Below the pieces are notes generated by a model that saw nothing but the letters and a program-made list of their open reading frames with translations, had not been told where the DNA came from and ran no database searches. Source: Acidimicrobiia bacterium (GTDB lineage: Bacteria > Actinomycetota > Acidimicrobiia > Spongiisociales > ZC4RG35). From it: a stretch of DNA of 64,000 nucleotides. Numbering within the stretch: position 1 is the stretch's first letter; each line of letters opens with the position of its first letter. The DNA lies in assembly GCA_050742015.1 (NCBI GenBank), contig JBOGEV010000039.1:660-64659 (forward strand), given 5' to 3'. The position numbers were made by a program, and so were the translations under genes. Below are positions 34,910 through 44,192 of this stretch, piece by piece.

Positions 34910-36681
34910 CTCTGCAACGCCGGGGCGAGGGGTAGCTCGACCACGAACGTGGCGCCACCACCCTCGGTGACCTCCACCCTGACCGCACCGTGCATCACCT
35001 CGGTCAGGCTCTTGACGATGGACAGCCCGAGGCCGGTGCCTCCCTTCGATCGGGTATCTGACTGGTCGATCTGGGTGAAGCGCTCGAAGACCCGATCCTT
35101 CTCGTCGTCCGGGATGCCGGGGCCATGGTCGACGACTGCGATCACGGCCTTGTTGGGACGTTCCCATGCGTATAGCTCGACGGGGCTCCCCACGGCGTAC
35201 TTGGCGGCATTCTCCACGAGGTTGATGAGGATCCGGCTGAGGTGGTCCCTGTCGGCTTCGACAGTGAGGTCGTCGGGCTCGATGGTGAATGCGGGCTCGA
35301 CGGAAACGACCCGATTGACCTCTTCGAACGCCAGTTTCAGCGGGACCGGCTCGAGATGAACCGGAATCGCCCCTCGATCGATCCGGGAAACCACCAGCAG
35401 GTCGTCGATGAGACGTTGGAGACGACCGGCCTGGCGCCGGGCTGTGGACAGCAGTTGCTGGGCCGTGGGCTGGGTCGGTGCGAGCTCGGGCCGGTTGACG
35501 GTGTCGAGAGACCCGATGATCGATGTGAGCGGCGTGCGCAGCTCGTGGCTGACGGTGGAGACGAAATCCGTCTTCATCTGGGCCACCTCCTCGAGGCGCT
35601 TCGTCATCTCGGCCTGCGCTTCGTACCGGCCGATCTGGGACAGAACCAGGCCGGCCGGGGCTGCCAGCGACCCGAGCTGGTCGAGCTGGCCTTCGTTGAA
35701 GCTGCCCACGTAGGGGTCGCCGACGATGATCGCCCCGACCCTCAGGCTCTCGACCTTCAGTGGCGCCACCAGAGCCTGACGCAGCCCGAGCTCGTTGAGG
35801 AGTACATGGGCGTCGGTGTCATGGTCGATATCCCGGACGAAGAAAGGGTGGCCGGAGCGATACACCTGGGCCACGATGGCCGGCGAGGCGACGTCGAGCA
35901 CGATGGGATCGGTGTCGAGCGGGTACCCGTTCACCCAGATCGGGCTCATGACCTCCAGCCGGTGACGCTCCGTTTGATAGAGAAGGACACACCCGACCTG
36001 GGCGTCGAGGTACTTGCAGATCGTCCCGACCAGATACGGGACGATCTCGGCAAGCGACTCGGCCCGGGCCAGGGTGGCGCTCACCTCGTAGAGCCGCTCG
36101 AAGTCGAGCCTCTGCTGGTCGATCTGACCGACTCTGGCCGCGGAGCGGACCGCCTCCCGCTCGAACTCCATACCGACCAGAGCGGTGGCCGCAGACACCA
36201 CCGTGACCGTCAGTACCGGGGCGATCACGTCGGCGATGGCGTCGGCCTGCCCGGTGTTGAAGGCGATGAATGAGATGGCCAGCCCGATCAAGACGGTCAT
36301 GAAGGCATGTGCCCACCAGGTGAGGAGGAGACCGGACACGGCTGCAATCCCGTAGAGGATCGGCGTGGCCGTGGCCTCCAACTCATCGATCAGGGCAAAG
36401 GCGGTGATCCCGAGGAGGAGCCCGGTGAGCCAGGCGATGGCGATCCAAGGGGCATAGCGGGTGGCCATCGGTGCGTCCCAGCGCCCAGCGGTCGACACGA
36501 TCAGCATCCCGGCGAGACCCGCCATCGGGATCCAGAACCCGGGCTGGGCGAACACCTGCTCCCGGACCGCCTGGGCGCCAATGATGATCAGGACCACCCA
36601 GGCCACGGCCGAGGCGCGGCGAAGCAGCGAAGCCCGGAACCGGGCCATCGCCTGGTGCGTTGTGGGTGTCATCCCGTCCAT
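34903..36681 (-). CDS. membrane sensor histidine kinase with GAF domain
   Basis: N-terminal TM bundle, GAF region, H-box SHELRTPLTSIIG, N/G boxes (NLVENAAKY, GTGLGLSIV). No response regulator adjacent. Confidence 0.85.
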   Translation of the reverse strand: MDGMTPTTHQAMARFRASLLRRASAVAWVVLIIIGAQAVREQVFAQPGFWIPMAGLAGMLIVSTAGRWDAPMATRYAPWIAIAWLTGLLLGITAFALIDELEATATPILYGIAAVSGLLLTWWAHAFMTVLIGLAISFIAFNTGQADAIADVIAPVLTVTVVSAATALVGMEFEREAVRSAARVGQIDQQRLDFERLYEVSATLARAESLAEIVPYLVGTICKYLDAQVGCVLLYQTERHRLEVMSPIWVNGYPLDTDPIVLDVASPAIVAQVYRSGHPFFVRDIDHDTDAHVLLNELGLRQALVAPLKVESLRVGAIIVGDPYVGSFNEGQLDQLGSLAAPAGLVLSQIGRYEAQAEMTKRLEEVAQMKTDFVSTVSHELRTPLTSIIGSLDTVNRPELAPTQPTAQQLLSTARRQAGRLQRLIDDLLVVSRIDRGAIPVHLEPVPLKLAFEEVNRVVSVEPAFTIEPDDLTVEADRDHLSRILINLVENAAKYAVGSPVELYAWERPNKAVIAVVDHGPGIPDDEKDRVFERFTQIDQSDTRSKGGTGLGLSIVKSLTEVMHGAVRVEVTEGGGATFVVELPLAPALQRT

Positions 36682-36740
36682 ATCCCTGAATGGAAGCCTT
36701 TCGACTGTATTCTCGGCATCTCCGAACGAGGACTAGATAC

Positions 36741-37487
36741 GTGGCTTTGCGCGCAATCGCCGAGGGCGCACTGTTCGCGGAGACGTTTGGCGACGGTTCG
36801 CCCCGGGTGTTGGCACTTCACGGATGGGGCCGGCGTGGCCGCGATTTCCAGCCTTCATTGGGCGATTTCGACGCTCTCGCCCTCGATCTTCCCGGGTTCG
36901 GAGCCTCACCGCCCCCGTCGGATGTGCTCGGAGCCGAAGGTTACGCCGCTCTCATCTCCCCGGTTCTCGACGAATTCGACCAGCCTCCGGTGCTGATCGG
37001 GCACTCATTTGGGGGCCGGGTGGCGGTTTGTCTGGCCGCGGCTCACCCGGGGCGCGTCGGCCCCCTGGTGATCACAGGTTCACCGTTGATCCGGCTCAGC
37101 CCGGGCAGGAAGCCGCCATTCAGCTACCGGGTCCTCCGGTTTCTCAATCGAGTCAGTGTCATCGGGGACGTCCGAATGGAGCAGATCCGGAAGAGCCGGG
37201 GCTCAGCCGACTATCGGGCAGCCAATGGGACGATGCGTGACGTCCTGGTCAAGGTGGTCAACGAGGACTACGAACCCCAACTCCGGGAGATCGAGTCTCG
37301 GGTGATCCTCCTCTGGGGCGAGGACGATCAGGAGGTCCCGGTGGCTGTGGCGGAACAGGCGTTGCGCATCATCAGACAGGCGGGCGGGTCGGCGGAGCTA
37401 GAGGTTCTCCCCCGGATCGGTCATCTGGTTCCGGTTCAGGCGCCAGAGGCGATCACCCGGGTGGTGGGGGAAGCGCTGGGGCGATGA
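36741..37487 (+). CDS. alpha/beta-fold hydrolase
   Basis: LALHGWG, nucleophile elbow GHSFGG, C-terminal GHLVP. GTG at 36741 is preferred over the ORF-track start at 36690. ATGA overlap with the next gene. Confidence 0.75.
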   Translation: MALRAIAEGALFAETFGDGSPRVLALHGWGRRGRDFQPSLGDFDALALDLPGFGASPPPSDVLGAEGYAALISPVLDEFDQPPVLIGHSFGGRVAVCLAAAHPGRVGPLVITGSPLIRLSPGRKPPFSYRVLRFLNRVSVIGDVRMEQIRKSRGSADYRAANGTMRDVLVKVVNEDYEPQLREIESRVILLWGEDDQEVPVAVAEQALRIIRQAGGSAELEVLPRIGHLVPVQAPEAITRVVGEALGR

Positions 37488-38977
37488 TCCGGGCCCTGGC
37501 CGCCGCTTGCGTTCTGGCGAGTGTCCCCGCCGGCTTGCGCTGGCTCCGGGTTGCCCAGCGAGAGCATTACCTGGCTGGTGCGGTAGCCACGTTCGCCGGG
37601 CGCTGGTGGACCAACGGCCCGATCAACATCGCACTTCTGGTCGCAATGCTCATCGGACTGGTCGGATCGTGGTGGAGCCCCTGGTGGGGGTTTCTGGTCC
37701 CGCTGGCCCAAGTCGGCCCGGTAGGTCTCACCATCAAGGGGAGGACCTCGCCGCTGGTGTGGACCGCCCGTCTGCGCCGGGTCGCCGTCCTGGCCGCCGT
37801 GATGGCGGTAGCCGTGTACTGGGGCGGGGTCGCCCTCGAATCCGGGTTCTTCATCGGCATCGGCCTCTTCCTCCTCCCCACTCTCATCGATCTCGCATTG
37901 CTTGCAATGGGTCCGATCGAGCGCAGCATGGGGAACCGATGGGTCGATCAGGCGGCGGCCAGATTGAAGGCATCTGGGGCCAAGGTGGTGGCGATCACCG
38001 GGTCCTATGGGAAGACCACCACCAAGCTCTACACCGCCCATCTTCTCGCAAGTGCCTTCCGCACCGTCGCCAGCCCAGCGTCGTTCAACAACCGGATGGG
38101 CCTGGCCCGGGCGATCAACGAACAGCTGGCCCCGGGCACCGAGGTCTTCGTCGCAGAGATGGGGACCTACGGGCCTGGGGAGATCGAGGAGCTGACGGAG
38201 TGGATCCCACCCGACGTCGCGGCCATGGTCGCCGTCGGGCCGGTTCATCTCGAGCGATTCAGGTCCGAGGAGCTAATCGTTGCGGCCAAGGCAGAGATCC
38301 TCGACCGTGCCCGCGTGGGAGTGATCGCTGTCGACCATCCGCTCCTCGCGGCCCTGGCCGAAGAACGGCGGAGGGAGATGGAAATCATGACGGTGTCCGG
38401 GGAAGGAGGTCGGGCACAGGTCACGATCACGGATTCGGCCATCGAGGTGGACGGCGTGGAGGTGGCCAAGACGCCCCCGGATGTGTTCATGGCGAATCTC
38501 GCAGTGGCCCTCGGCATCGGCCTCGCCCTCGGCCTCGGCATCGACGACCTGATCACACGACTCGACGGTCTCCCCCGGGCGGAGCATCGGCAGACTGTTT
38601 CCAGGTCGGAGAGAGGTTTCACAATCATCGACGACACCTTCAACTCCAACCCGGCCGGAGCCAGGGCGGCGCTTGGCCTGCTGGACCGGGTCGGGGACGG
38701 CGGACGCAAGGTCGTAGTGACCCCGGGGATGGTCGAGCTGGGGCAGAGGCAGGACGCCGAGAACCGGGCGTTTGCCCATCAGGCGGCAGCCATCGCCGAT
38801 CATCTCGTCATCGTCGGTGGCACCAACCGCCGTGCCCTTCTCGAAGGTTCCGGGAAGGACAACGCCTCGGTTACCGTCGTGGCGTCGCGCGACGAGGCGG
38901 TGGATTGGGTCCGGGAGAACCTCGGCCACGGAGACGCCGTGCTCTACGAGAACGACCTTCCCGACCACTATCCCTGA
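37484..38977 (+). CDS. MurF-like Mur ligase with N-terminal 4-TM domain replacing the usual UDP-binding domain
   Basis: P-loop ITGSYGKTTTK at about residue 165. MurF-type C-terminal motifs DDTFNSNPAGARAAL and PGMVELG. The first 150 or so residues form four hydrophobic helices. Confidence 0.8.
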   Translation: MIRALAAACVLASVPAGLRWLRVAQREHYLAGAVATFAGRWWTNGPINIALLVAMLIGLVGSWWSPWWGFLVPLAQVGPVGLTIKGRTSPLVWTARLRRVAVLAAVMAVAVYWGGVALESGFFIGIGLFLLPTLIDLALLAMGPIERSMGNRWVDQAAARLKASGAKVVAITGSYGKTTTKLYTAHLLASAFRTVASPASFNNRMGLARAINEQLAPGTEVFVAEMGTYGPGEIEELTEWIPPDVAAMVAVGPVHLERFRSEELIVAAKAEILDRARVGVIAVDHPLLAALAEERRREMEIMTVSGEGGRAQVTITDSAIEVDGVEVAKTPPDVFMANLAVALGIGLALGLGIDDLITRLDGLPRAEHRQTVSRSERGFTIIDDTFNSNPAGARAALGLLDRVGDGGRKVVVTPGMVELGQRQDAENRAFAHQAAAIADHLVIVGGTNRRALLEGSGKDNASVTVVASRDEAVDWVRENLGHGDAVLYENDLPDHYP

Positions 38978-38986
38978 GGAGGCTGA

Positions 38987-40063
38987 ATGGCGAAGCCGGC
39001 AGTGATCTTCGGCGGGCCGTCCGACGAGCACGACATATCGATCCTCACCGGGCTCCAGGTGACCCGGGCTCTAGGTGACGTCCATGCGGTGTATTGGTCC
39101 AAGCTGGGCGACTGGTTCGAGGTCGATACCGACCTGGAGGCCGTCGACTTCGCCGATGGGGTGCCGCGCAAGTCACGGGAGCTCACATTCGTCGCCTCTC
39201 CTGGCCAGGGACTGGTGGCAAAGAGGCGGCCCCTCGACGTCGATTCGGTGGTCATCGCCTGCCATGGCAGCCCGGGTGAGGACGGGACACTGCAAGGGCT
39301 TCTCGACCTGGCCGGACTTCGATATACCGGCCCCGGCCAGGCGGCATCCGCCCTGGGCATGGACAAGCTGGCCTTTGCCGCGGCGATGTCGGCGGCCGGA
39401 CTTCCCACCCTGGCCCGCGCGTTGGTTGCCACCGGTGAGGAACCGGCACCGGCCTTCGAAGCACCCTACATCGTCAAGCCGAGATTCGGGGGCTCTTCGA
39501 TAGGCATCGAGGTTGCCGACGACTGGTCCACCGTTCTGGCCCTGAAGCGGCGTTCCTCGTTCTTCGACCAGGGTGCGGTGGTGGAGCCGTTCCTGACCGG
39601 GAGTCGGGACCTGCAGGTGGCGGTGCGCACCTATCCCAAATGGCAACTGTCCGCGATCGAGGCCCCGTCCCGTGCCGCCGACGGGATCTACTCCTACGAT
39701 CAGAAGTACCTGGCCTGGGGCGGAGAGGTGAGTGCCGGCCGCGAGCTTCCGGCCACCCTCGACGCCGGTCTCGAAGAAGAGATCCGGCTCCTTTCAACGC
39801 GCGTCACCGAGGTGGCCGGTCTGAGGGGGATTTCCCGCATCGACTACCTGGAGCGGGACGGCGAGATCGTCGTGAACGAGGTGAACACCATCCCCGGGTC
39901 GATGGGCGCTTACCTGTGGATCGAACCGCACATCACAAGGGAGCAACTCTTCCGCGACATGGTGGACGAGGCCCGAAGCGGGCCGGTGCGGAGGTTCTCG
40001 GTGGCAGGGAGCGACGGCACGGCCCTGCGGAGCGCAGGCACCATTGCTTCCAAACTGGGCTAA
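38987..40063 (+). CDS. ddl: D-alanine--D-alanine ligase
   Basis: VIFGGPSDEHDISILTG N-terminus, ATP-grasp core, C-terminal EVNTIPG. SD GAGGAGG. Confidence 0.9.
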   Translation: MAKPAVIFGGPSDEHDISILTGLQVTRALGDVHAVYWSKLGDWFEVDTDLEAVDFADGVPRKSRELTFVASPGQGLVAKRRPLDVDSVVIACHGSPGEDGTLQGLLDLAGLRYTGPGQAASALGMDKLAFAAAMSAAGLPTLARALVATGEEPAPAFEAPYIVKPRFGGSSIGIEVADDWSTVLALKRRSSFFDQGAVVEPFLTGSRDLQVAVRTYPKWQLSAIEAPSRAADGIYSYDQKYLAWGGEVSAGRELPATLDAGLEEEIRLLSTRVTEVAGLRGISRIDYLERDGEIVVNEVNTIPGSMGAYLWIEPHITREQLFRDMVDEARSGPVRRFSVAGSDGTALRSAGTIASKLG

Positions 40064-40066
40064 CCA

Positions 40067-40094
40067 GAAAGGACCGGCCGGAGCCGGTCCTTTC
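40067..40094. terminator. perfect 12-bp hairpin between convergent ddl and asnC-like genes
   Basis: GAAAGGACCGGC-CGGA-GCCGGTCCTTTC, 3 nt after the ddl stop. Confidence 0.65.
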
Positions 40095-40114
40095 TCAGTC
40101 GGTTCAAACCCGGG

Positions 40115-40348
40115 TCAGAGATGTACCACAGGGCAGGTGAGGGTGCGGGTGATGCCGTCGATCGCCTGGATCCTGGCCACTACCAGCTTGCCGAGCGAGT
40201 CGACGTCGTCGCTGGTGGCCTTGACGATCACGTCGTAGGGCCCGGTCACGTCGTCGGCCGAGTCGACACCGGGGATGTCACGCACTTCCTCTGCGACCAG
40301 AGCGGCCTTGCCGACCTCGGTCTGGATCAGGACATAAGCCTGGACCAA
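40115..40348 (-). CDS. stand-alone Lrp/AsnC ligand-binding (RAM) domain protein
   Basis: 77 aa, VQAYVLIQTEVGKA...VTGPYDVIVKA pattern. TTG start with AAGGAGG. Confidence 0.8.
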   Translation of the reverse strand: MVQAYVLIQTEVGKAALVAEEVRDIPGVDSADDVTGPYDVIVKATSDDVDSLGKLVVARIQAIDGITRTLTCPVVHL

Positions 40349-40427
40349 CTGAGCCTCCTTAGGGTCTCGGGTCGGCCGGACCCTAGTTGAAAGAGTCTTG
40401 GGTGGTAGGTGGAAGGTGACCTAGTGG

Positions 40428-40643
40428 CTAATAACCTTCCTGCCCGACCTTGACCGACGTGACGAACAGGTTCCCCTCTTCCTCCACGGTGTCGAAAACC
40501 AGACGTTGGCCCTGACGGAGGGTGCGAAAGATCGACCCCTTGAGGGACCCGGGGCGAAGAAAGACCTCAGACTTGTCGGCGTCGAGGACGACGATCCCGG
40601 CGCCGGTCACGGGGTCGTAGGTCTTGACCACCCCTTGCGGCAT
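40428..40643 (-). CDS. cold-shock-domain-like / OB-fold small protein
   Basis: MPQGVVKTYDPVTGAGIVVLDADKSEVFLRPGSL...GQRLVFDTVEE follows the CSD strand pattern without canonical RNP motifs. Starts 2 nt after the rpmB stop. Confidence 0.5.
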   Translation of the reverse strand: MPQGVVKTYDPVTGAGIVVLDADKSEVFLRPGSLKGSIFRTLRQGQRLVFDTVEEEGNLFVTSVKVGQEGY

Positions 40644-40645
40644 GC

Positions 40646-40834
40646 TCAGGCCTTCTCGATCTTCCCGGCGCGGATGCACGAGGTGCATACCCGGGCCCGA
40701 CGGGTGTTGGAGCCATGACGGACCCGCACCCGCTGGATGTTGGGCAGCCAGCGTCGATTGTTGCGCTTGTGGGAGAAGCTGACGGTCTTGCCGTAGCTCG
40801 GCTCCTTGCCGCAGATCTCACACCGATAAGACAT
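40646..40834 (-). CDS. rpmB: 50S ribosomal protein L28
   Basis: [38 protein letters not shown]... Confidence 0.95.
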   Translation of the reverse strand: MSYRCEICGKEPSYGKTVSFSHKRNNRRWLPNIQRVRVRHGSNTRRARVCTSCIRAGKIEKA

Positions 40835-40988
40835 CTCGAAGAACTCCTGGGACGGTCAAAGGATGGTTCGAAGGGTAGACGGGCCGATGGCCCGGTTCGA
40901 CCGAGGGGAAGATTAGCTGTGATCACGGCCAAGTCCTAGTCGGGATGTACCGTGACTCCGTGGGATTCGTGGACGTTCTGGAGCGGTC

Positions 40989-43154
40989 GTGGCCACGCTG
41001 AGCCGTCTGACCGAGCTATCCGTGACCGAGGTCAAGGGTATCGGCGGCAAGAGCGTCCCGGTCATTGCCAAGGCCGGGATCAAGACCGTGGCAGACCTGC
41101 TCCACCATGTCCCGCGGACTCATGTCGACCGAACCGACTCGCCTCCGCTCTCCCGTCTTCCGCTCGGAACGGAGGTCACGGTGGTAGGCGAGGTGAAGTC
41201 GATCAGCAGTAGAAGACCGAAACCGAAGCTGGTGATCACCGAAGCGCGCATCGCAGACGAGACCGCCTCGCTCAAAGTCGTCTGGTTCAACCAGAGGTTC
41301 CGGGAGCAACAACTGCCGCCGGGGACCGAGGTCGCCTTTTCGGGGACCGTGGAGTCGTTTCGGGGCAACCTCCAGATGAATCATCCTGACGTGGACATCC
41401 TCGATCACGACGGCGATCAGATCAGCACCGGGCGCATCGTCCCTATCTACCCCCAGGTGGGCGCGGTCAAGACCGGCGATTTTCGGAGATGGATCCACAA
41501 CGCGCTGATCCGGGCGCGTCCCATCCCCGATCCGCTTCCCGAAGTCCTCCTCGCAGAGCGGGGGCTCATGTCCCGCGACCAGGCCTATGCCGAGATCCAC
41601 TTCCCGGACTCCACGGACCGGGCGGACCTGGCCAGGAAGCGTCTCGCCTACGACGAGTTCTTCCGTTTGGAGCTGGCTTTGGCCCTGCGCAAACGGCGTC
41701 AGACCGAGGAAGCCACCGGATACGCCCACGAGCCCACCGGCGAGCTGTCCGCCCGATTCTTGGCGGGTCTGCCCTATGAGCTGACCGGGGCGCAGAATCG
41801 TGTCGTCGACGAGATCCTCGCCGACCTGAGAGAGGGGCACCCGATGCACCGCCTCCTCCATGGCGAGGTCGGCTCGGGGAAGACCGTCGTCGCGGTCATG
41901 GCCCTGCTCTCCGGAGTGGAAGGTGGATGGCAGGGGGCGATCATGGCCCCGACCGAGGTTCTCGCCGACCAGCACTTCCTGGGTGTCACCGGGCTCCTGG
42001 CCGGCGCCGGGCTCTCTCCTGAGCCGTTCAGCGTGAGCAGCGAGCTGGGCATGGACTCCTTGTTCGGGTCCGGTGGGCCGGCCGTGCACATCGGGCTCCT
42101 CACCGGCTCGACCGCCACCTCCAACTACCGGCCGGACATCACCCGGCAGGGTCTGCTCGCCGACGTCGCCTCGGGTCAGGTGGATATCCTGGTGGGGACT
42201 CATGCCCTGATTCAGGACGGCGTCGAATTCTCCAAGCTCGGCGTTGCCGTCGTCGACGAGCAGCACCGATTCGGCGTGGCCCAGCGGGTCCTCTTGAAGG
42301 AGAAAGCCGACTCGGTCGAGCCCGACCTGCTCATCATGACCGCAACCCCGATACCGAGGACCTTGTCGATGACGATGTACGGGGACCTCGACGTTTCCGG
42401 TCTCGACGAGATGCCACCCGGACGCACCCCGGTGCAGACACGACTGGTCGGGCGTGGTGACGAGGGACGCGTCTGGAAGATGATCGAGAAGGAGGTCTTG
42501 GCCGGCCGTCAGGCTTTCGTGGTCTGCCCCCTCGTCGAAGACAGCCCCAAGGTCGAGGCGGCCTCGGCCACAGCCGAGCACCAGCGCCTGTCCGCGCTGA
42601 TGTCCGACCTGCGGGTGGGCCTGATCCATGGCCAGCTCCGCCCTGCTGAGAAGGATGCCGTCATGTCCGCATTCCGCTCCCGGGAGATCGACGTCCTGGT
42701 CTCCACGACCGTGATCGAGGTCGGGATCGATGTCCCCAACGCCACCGTGATGGTGATCGAGGACGCCGATCGATTCGGGCTGAGCCAGTTGCACCAGCTT
42801 CGGGGTCGGGTGGGCCGGGGAGAGCATCCAGGGGTTTGCCTCCTCATCTCGGATTCCCCGGGTGCCGAGGCAGAGGAACGGCTGAGGGCGATGGAGAAGA
42901 CAAACGACGGTTACGAGCTCGCCCATGCCGACATGATGATCAGGGGCCAGGGAACCGTCTTCGGAGCCCGCCAGTCGGGCATGGCCGATCTCAAGCTGGC
43001 GGACATCTTCAGGGACTTCGACCTGCTGGTGGCGGCCCAGAAGGATGCTTTCGGCATCGTCGACAACGACCCGAGATTGAGCCGCCACCCCGAACTGGCC
43101 GAGGAGGTCATGGCCTTGCTCGGCGACTCGGTCGAATGGTTGTTCAAGAGCTGA
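40989..43154 (+). CDS. recG: ATP-dependent DNA helicase RecG
   Basis: Wedge domain, helicase motifs GEVGSGKT, VVDEQHRFG, TATPIPRT, QLHQLRGRVGRG. Confidence 0.95.
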   Translation: MATLSRLTELSVTEVKGIGGKSVPVIAKAGIKTVADLLHHVPRTHVDRTDSPPLSRLPLGTEVTVVGEVKSISSRRPKPKLVITEARIADETASLKVVWFNQRFREQQLPPGTEVAFSGTVESFRGNLQMNHPDVDILDHDGDQISTGRIVPIYPQVGAVKTGDFRRWIHNALIRARPIPDPLPEVLLAERGLMSRDQAYAEIHFPDSTDRADLARKRLAYDEFFRLELALALRKRRQTEEATGYAHEPTGELSARFLAGLPYELTGAQNRVVDEILADLREGHPMHRLLHGEVGSGKTVVAVMALLSGVEGGWQGAIMAPTEVLADQHFLGVTGLLAGAGLSPEPFSVSSELGMDSLFGSGGPAVHIGLLTGSTATSNYRPDITRQGLLADVASGQVDILVGTHALIQDGVEFSKLGVAVVDEQHRFGVAQRVLLKEKADSVEPDLLIMTATPIPRTLSMTMYGDLDVSGLDEMPPGRTPVQTRLVGRGDEGRVWKMIEKEVLAGRQAFVVCPLVEDSPKVEAASATAEHQRLSALMSDLRVGLIHGQLRPAEKDAVMSAFRSREIDVLVSTTVIEVGIDVPNATVMVIEDADRFGLSQLHQLRGRVGRGEHPGVCLLISDSPGAEAEERLRAMEKTNDGYELAHADMMIRGQGTVFGARQSGMADLKLADIFRDFDLLVAAQKDAFGIVDNDPRLSRHPELAEEVMALLGDSVEWLFKS

Positions 43155-43179
43155 GTGCCGGACCTCTTACCGTTGAGCC

Positions 43180-43728
43180 ATGAGGATCATCAGCGGACGG
43201 GCCAAGGGGCGCCGTCTCACTGCCCCTGACACCCCGGCCACGAGACCGGTCACCGACCGGGTGCGAGAGGCCGTGTTCTCCATCGTCGGCACCTGGGTCG
43301 AAGATGCCGTCGTCCTCGACCTGTACGCCGGTTCCGGCTCCTTCGGGCTCGAGGCGCTCTCCCGTGGTGCGGCCGAGGTCACTTTCGTGGAGAACGGCAA
43401 CCGGGCGCTCGAGGCACTCCGTGCCAACATCAAGACGGTGGCCCTGGGTGGCACGGTGGTCACCTCGAAGGTGCGGGAGTTCATCGATCGGTCCGGCGGC
43501 AGGTTCGACCTGGTCTTCATCGACCCGCCATGGGACCTCCCATCCCCGGTTCTGGGGGGAGAGCTGGCCGACCTCGACCACCTGCTGGGACCTGATGCCG
43601 AAGTGGTGTTGTCACGTCGTCACACCGATGAGGTCCCGACGACACCGGCCGGGTGGCGTGTTGCCACCGATAGGCGTTACGGGGATACCAGAATCGTGAG
43701 GTACGAGAAGGAAGCAGACGCCGTATGA
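43180..43728 (+). CDS. rsmD: 16S rRNA (guanine966-N2)-methyltransferase
   Basis: MRIISGRAKGRRL...LDLYAGSGSFGLEALSRGA...FIDPPW. Confidence 0.9.
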   Translation: MRIISGRAKGRRLTAPDTPATRPVTDRVREAVFSIVGTWVEDAVVLDLYAGSGSFGLEALSRGAAEVTFVENGNRALEALRANIKTVALGGTVVTSKVREFIDRSGGRFDLVFIDPPWDLPSPVLGGELADLDHLLGPDAEVVLSRRHTDEVPTTPAGWRVATDRRYGDTRIVRYEKEADAV

Positions 43729-44192
43729 CCACAGCACTTTGCCCCGGGAGCTTCGACCCGCCGACCAACGGGCACGTCGATGTCATCGAGCGAGCGATCG
43801 AGGCCTTCGACGAGGTTGTAGTCGCAGTGGTCGACAACCCGTCCAAAGAGTCGCTGTTCTCCACGCAGGAGCGGGTAGCTCTTTTGGAGGAGTTGTTCGG
43901 CGGCCGCGCCCGTATCGGGTCCTTTTCCGGGCTTCTCGTCGAATACGCCGCCGAGGTGGGTGCGGACGTCGTGGTCAAGGGTCTCCGCACCGTCGACGAC
44001 TACGAGTACGAGATGCAGATGTCGCAGATGAACCGCCATCTCACGGGAATGGAGACCGTGTTCATGGCCACCAAGTCGGACTGGAGCTTCATTTCGTCAT
44101 CGTTGGTCAAGGAGGTCGCGAAACTGGGCGGTTCGATCAACGGTCTGGTCCCTAGTGTCGTGGAGAAAGCAGTCCAGGAGCGGTTGTCATGA
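43725..44192 (+). CDS. coaD: pantetheine-phosphate adenylyltransferase
   Basis: CPGSFDPPTNGHVDVIERA, ...ISSSLVKE. ATGA-type overlaps on both sides. Confidence 0.95.
   Translation: MTTALCPGSFDPPTNGHVDVIERAIEAFDEVVVAVVDNPSKESLFSTQERVALLEELFGGRARIGSFSGLLVEYAAEVGADVVVKGLRTVDDYEYEMQMSQMNRHLTGMETVFMATKSDWSFISSSLVKEVAKLGGSINGLVPSVVEKAVQERLS

Noticed and set aside
37507-39078. 523-aa + strand ORF out of frame with the MurF-like gene
   Set aside because: Arg/Gly/Pro-rich alternate frame. The MurF frame carries the P-loop and C-terminal ligase motifs.
37484-40063. murF-like plus ddl as a glycopeptide-resistance (van) cluster
   Set aside because: No vanH, vanX or vanRS genes are present. Ddl has a standard sequence and sits in the conserved actinobacterial ddl...recG neighbourhood, so it is most likely the housekeeping enzyme.
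41016-43088. 690-aa ORF antisense to recG
   Set aside because: Antisense artefact.
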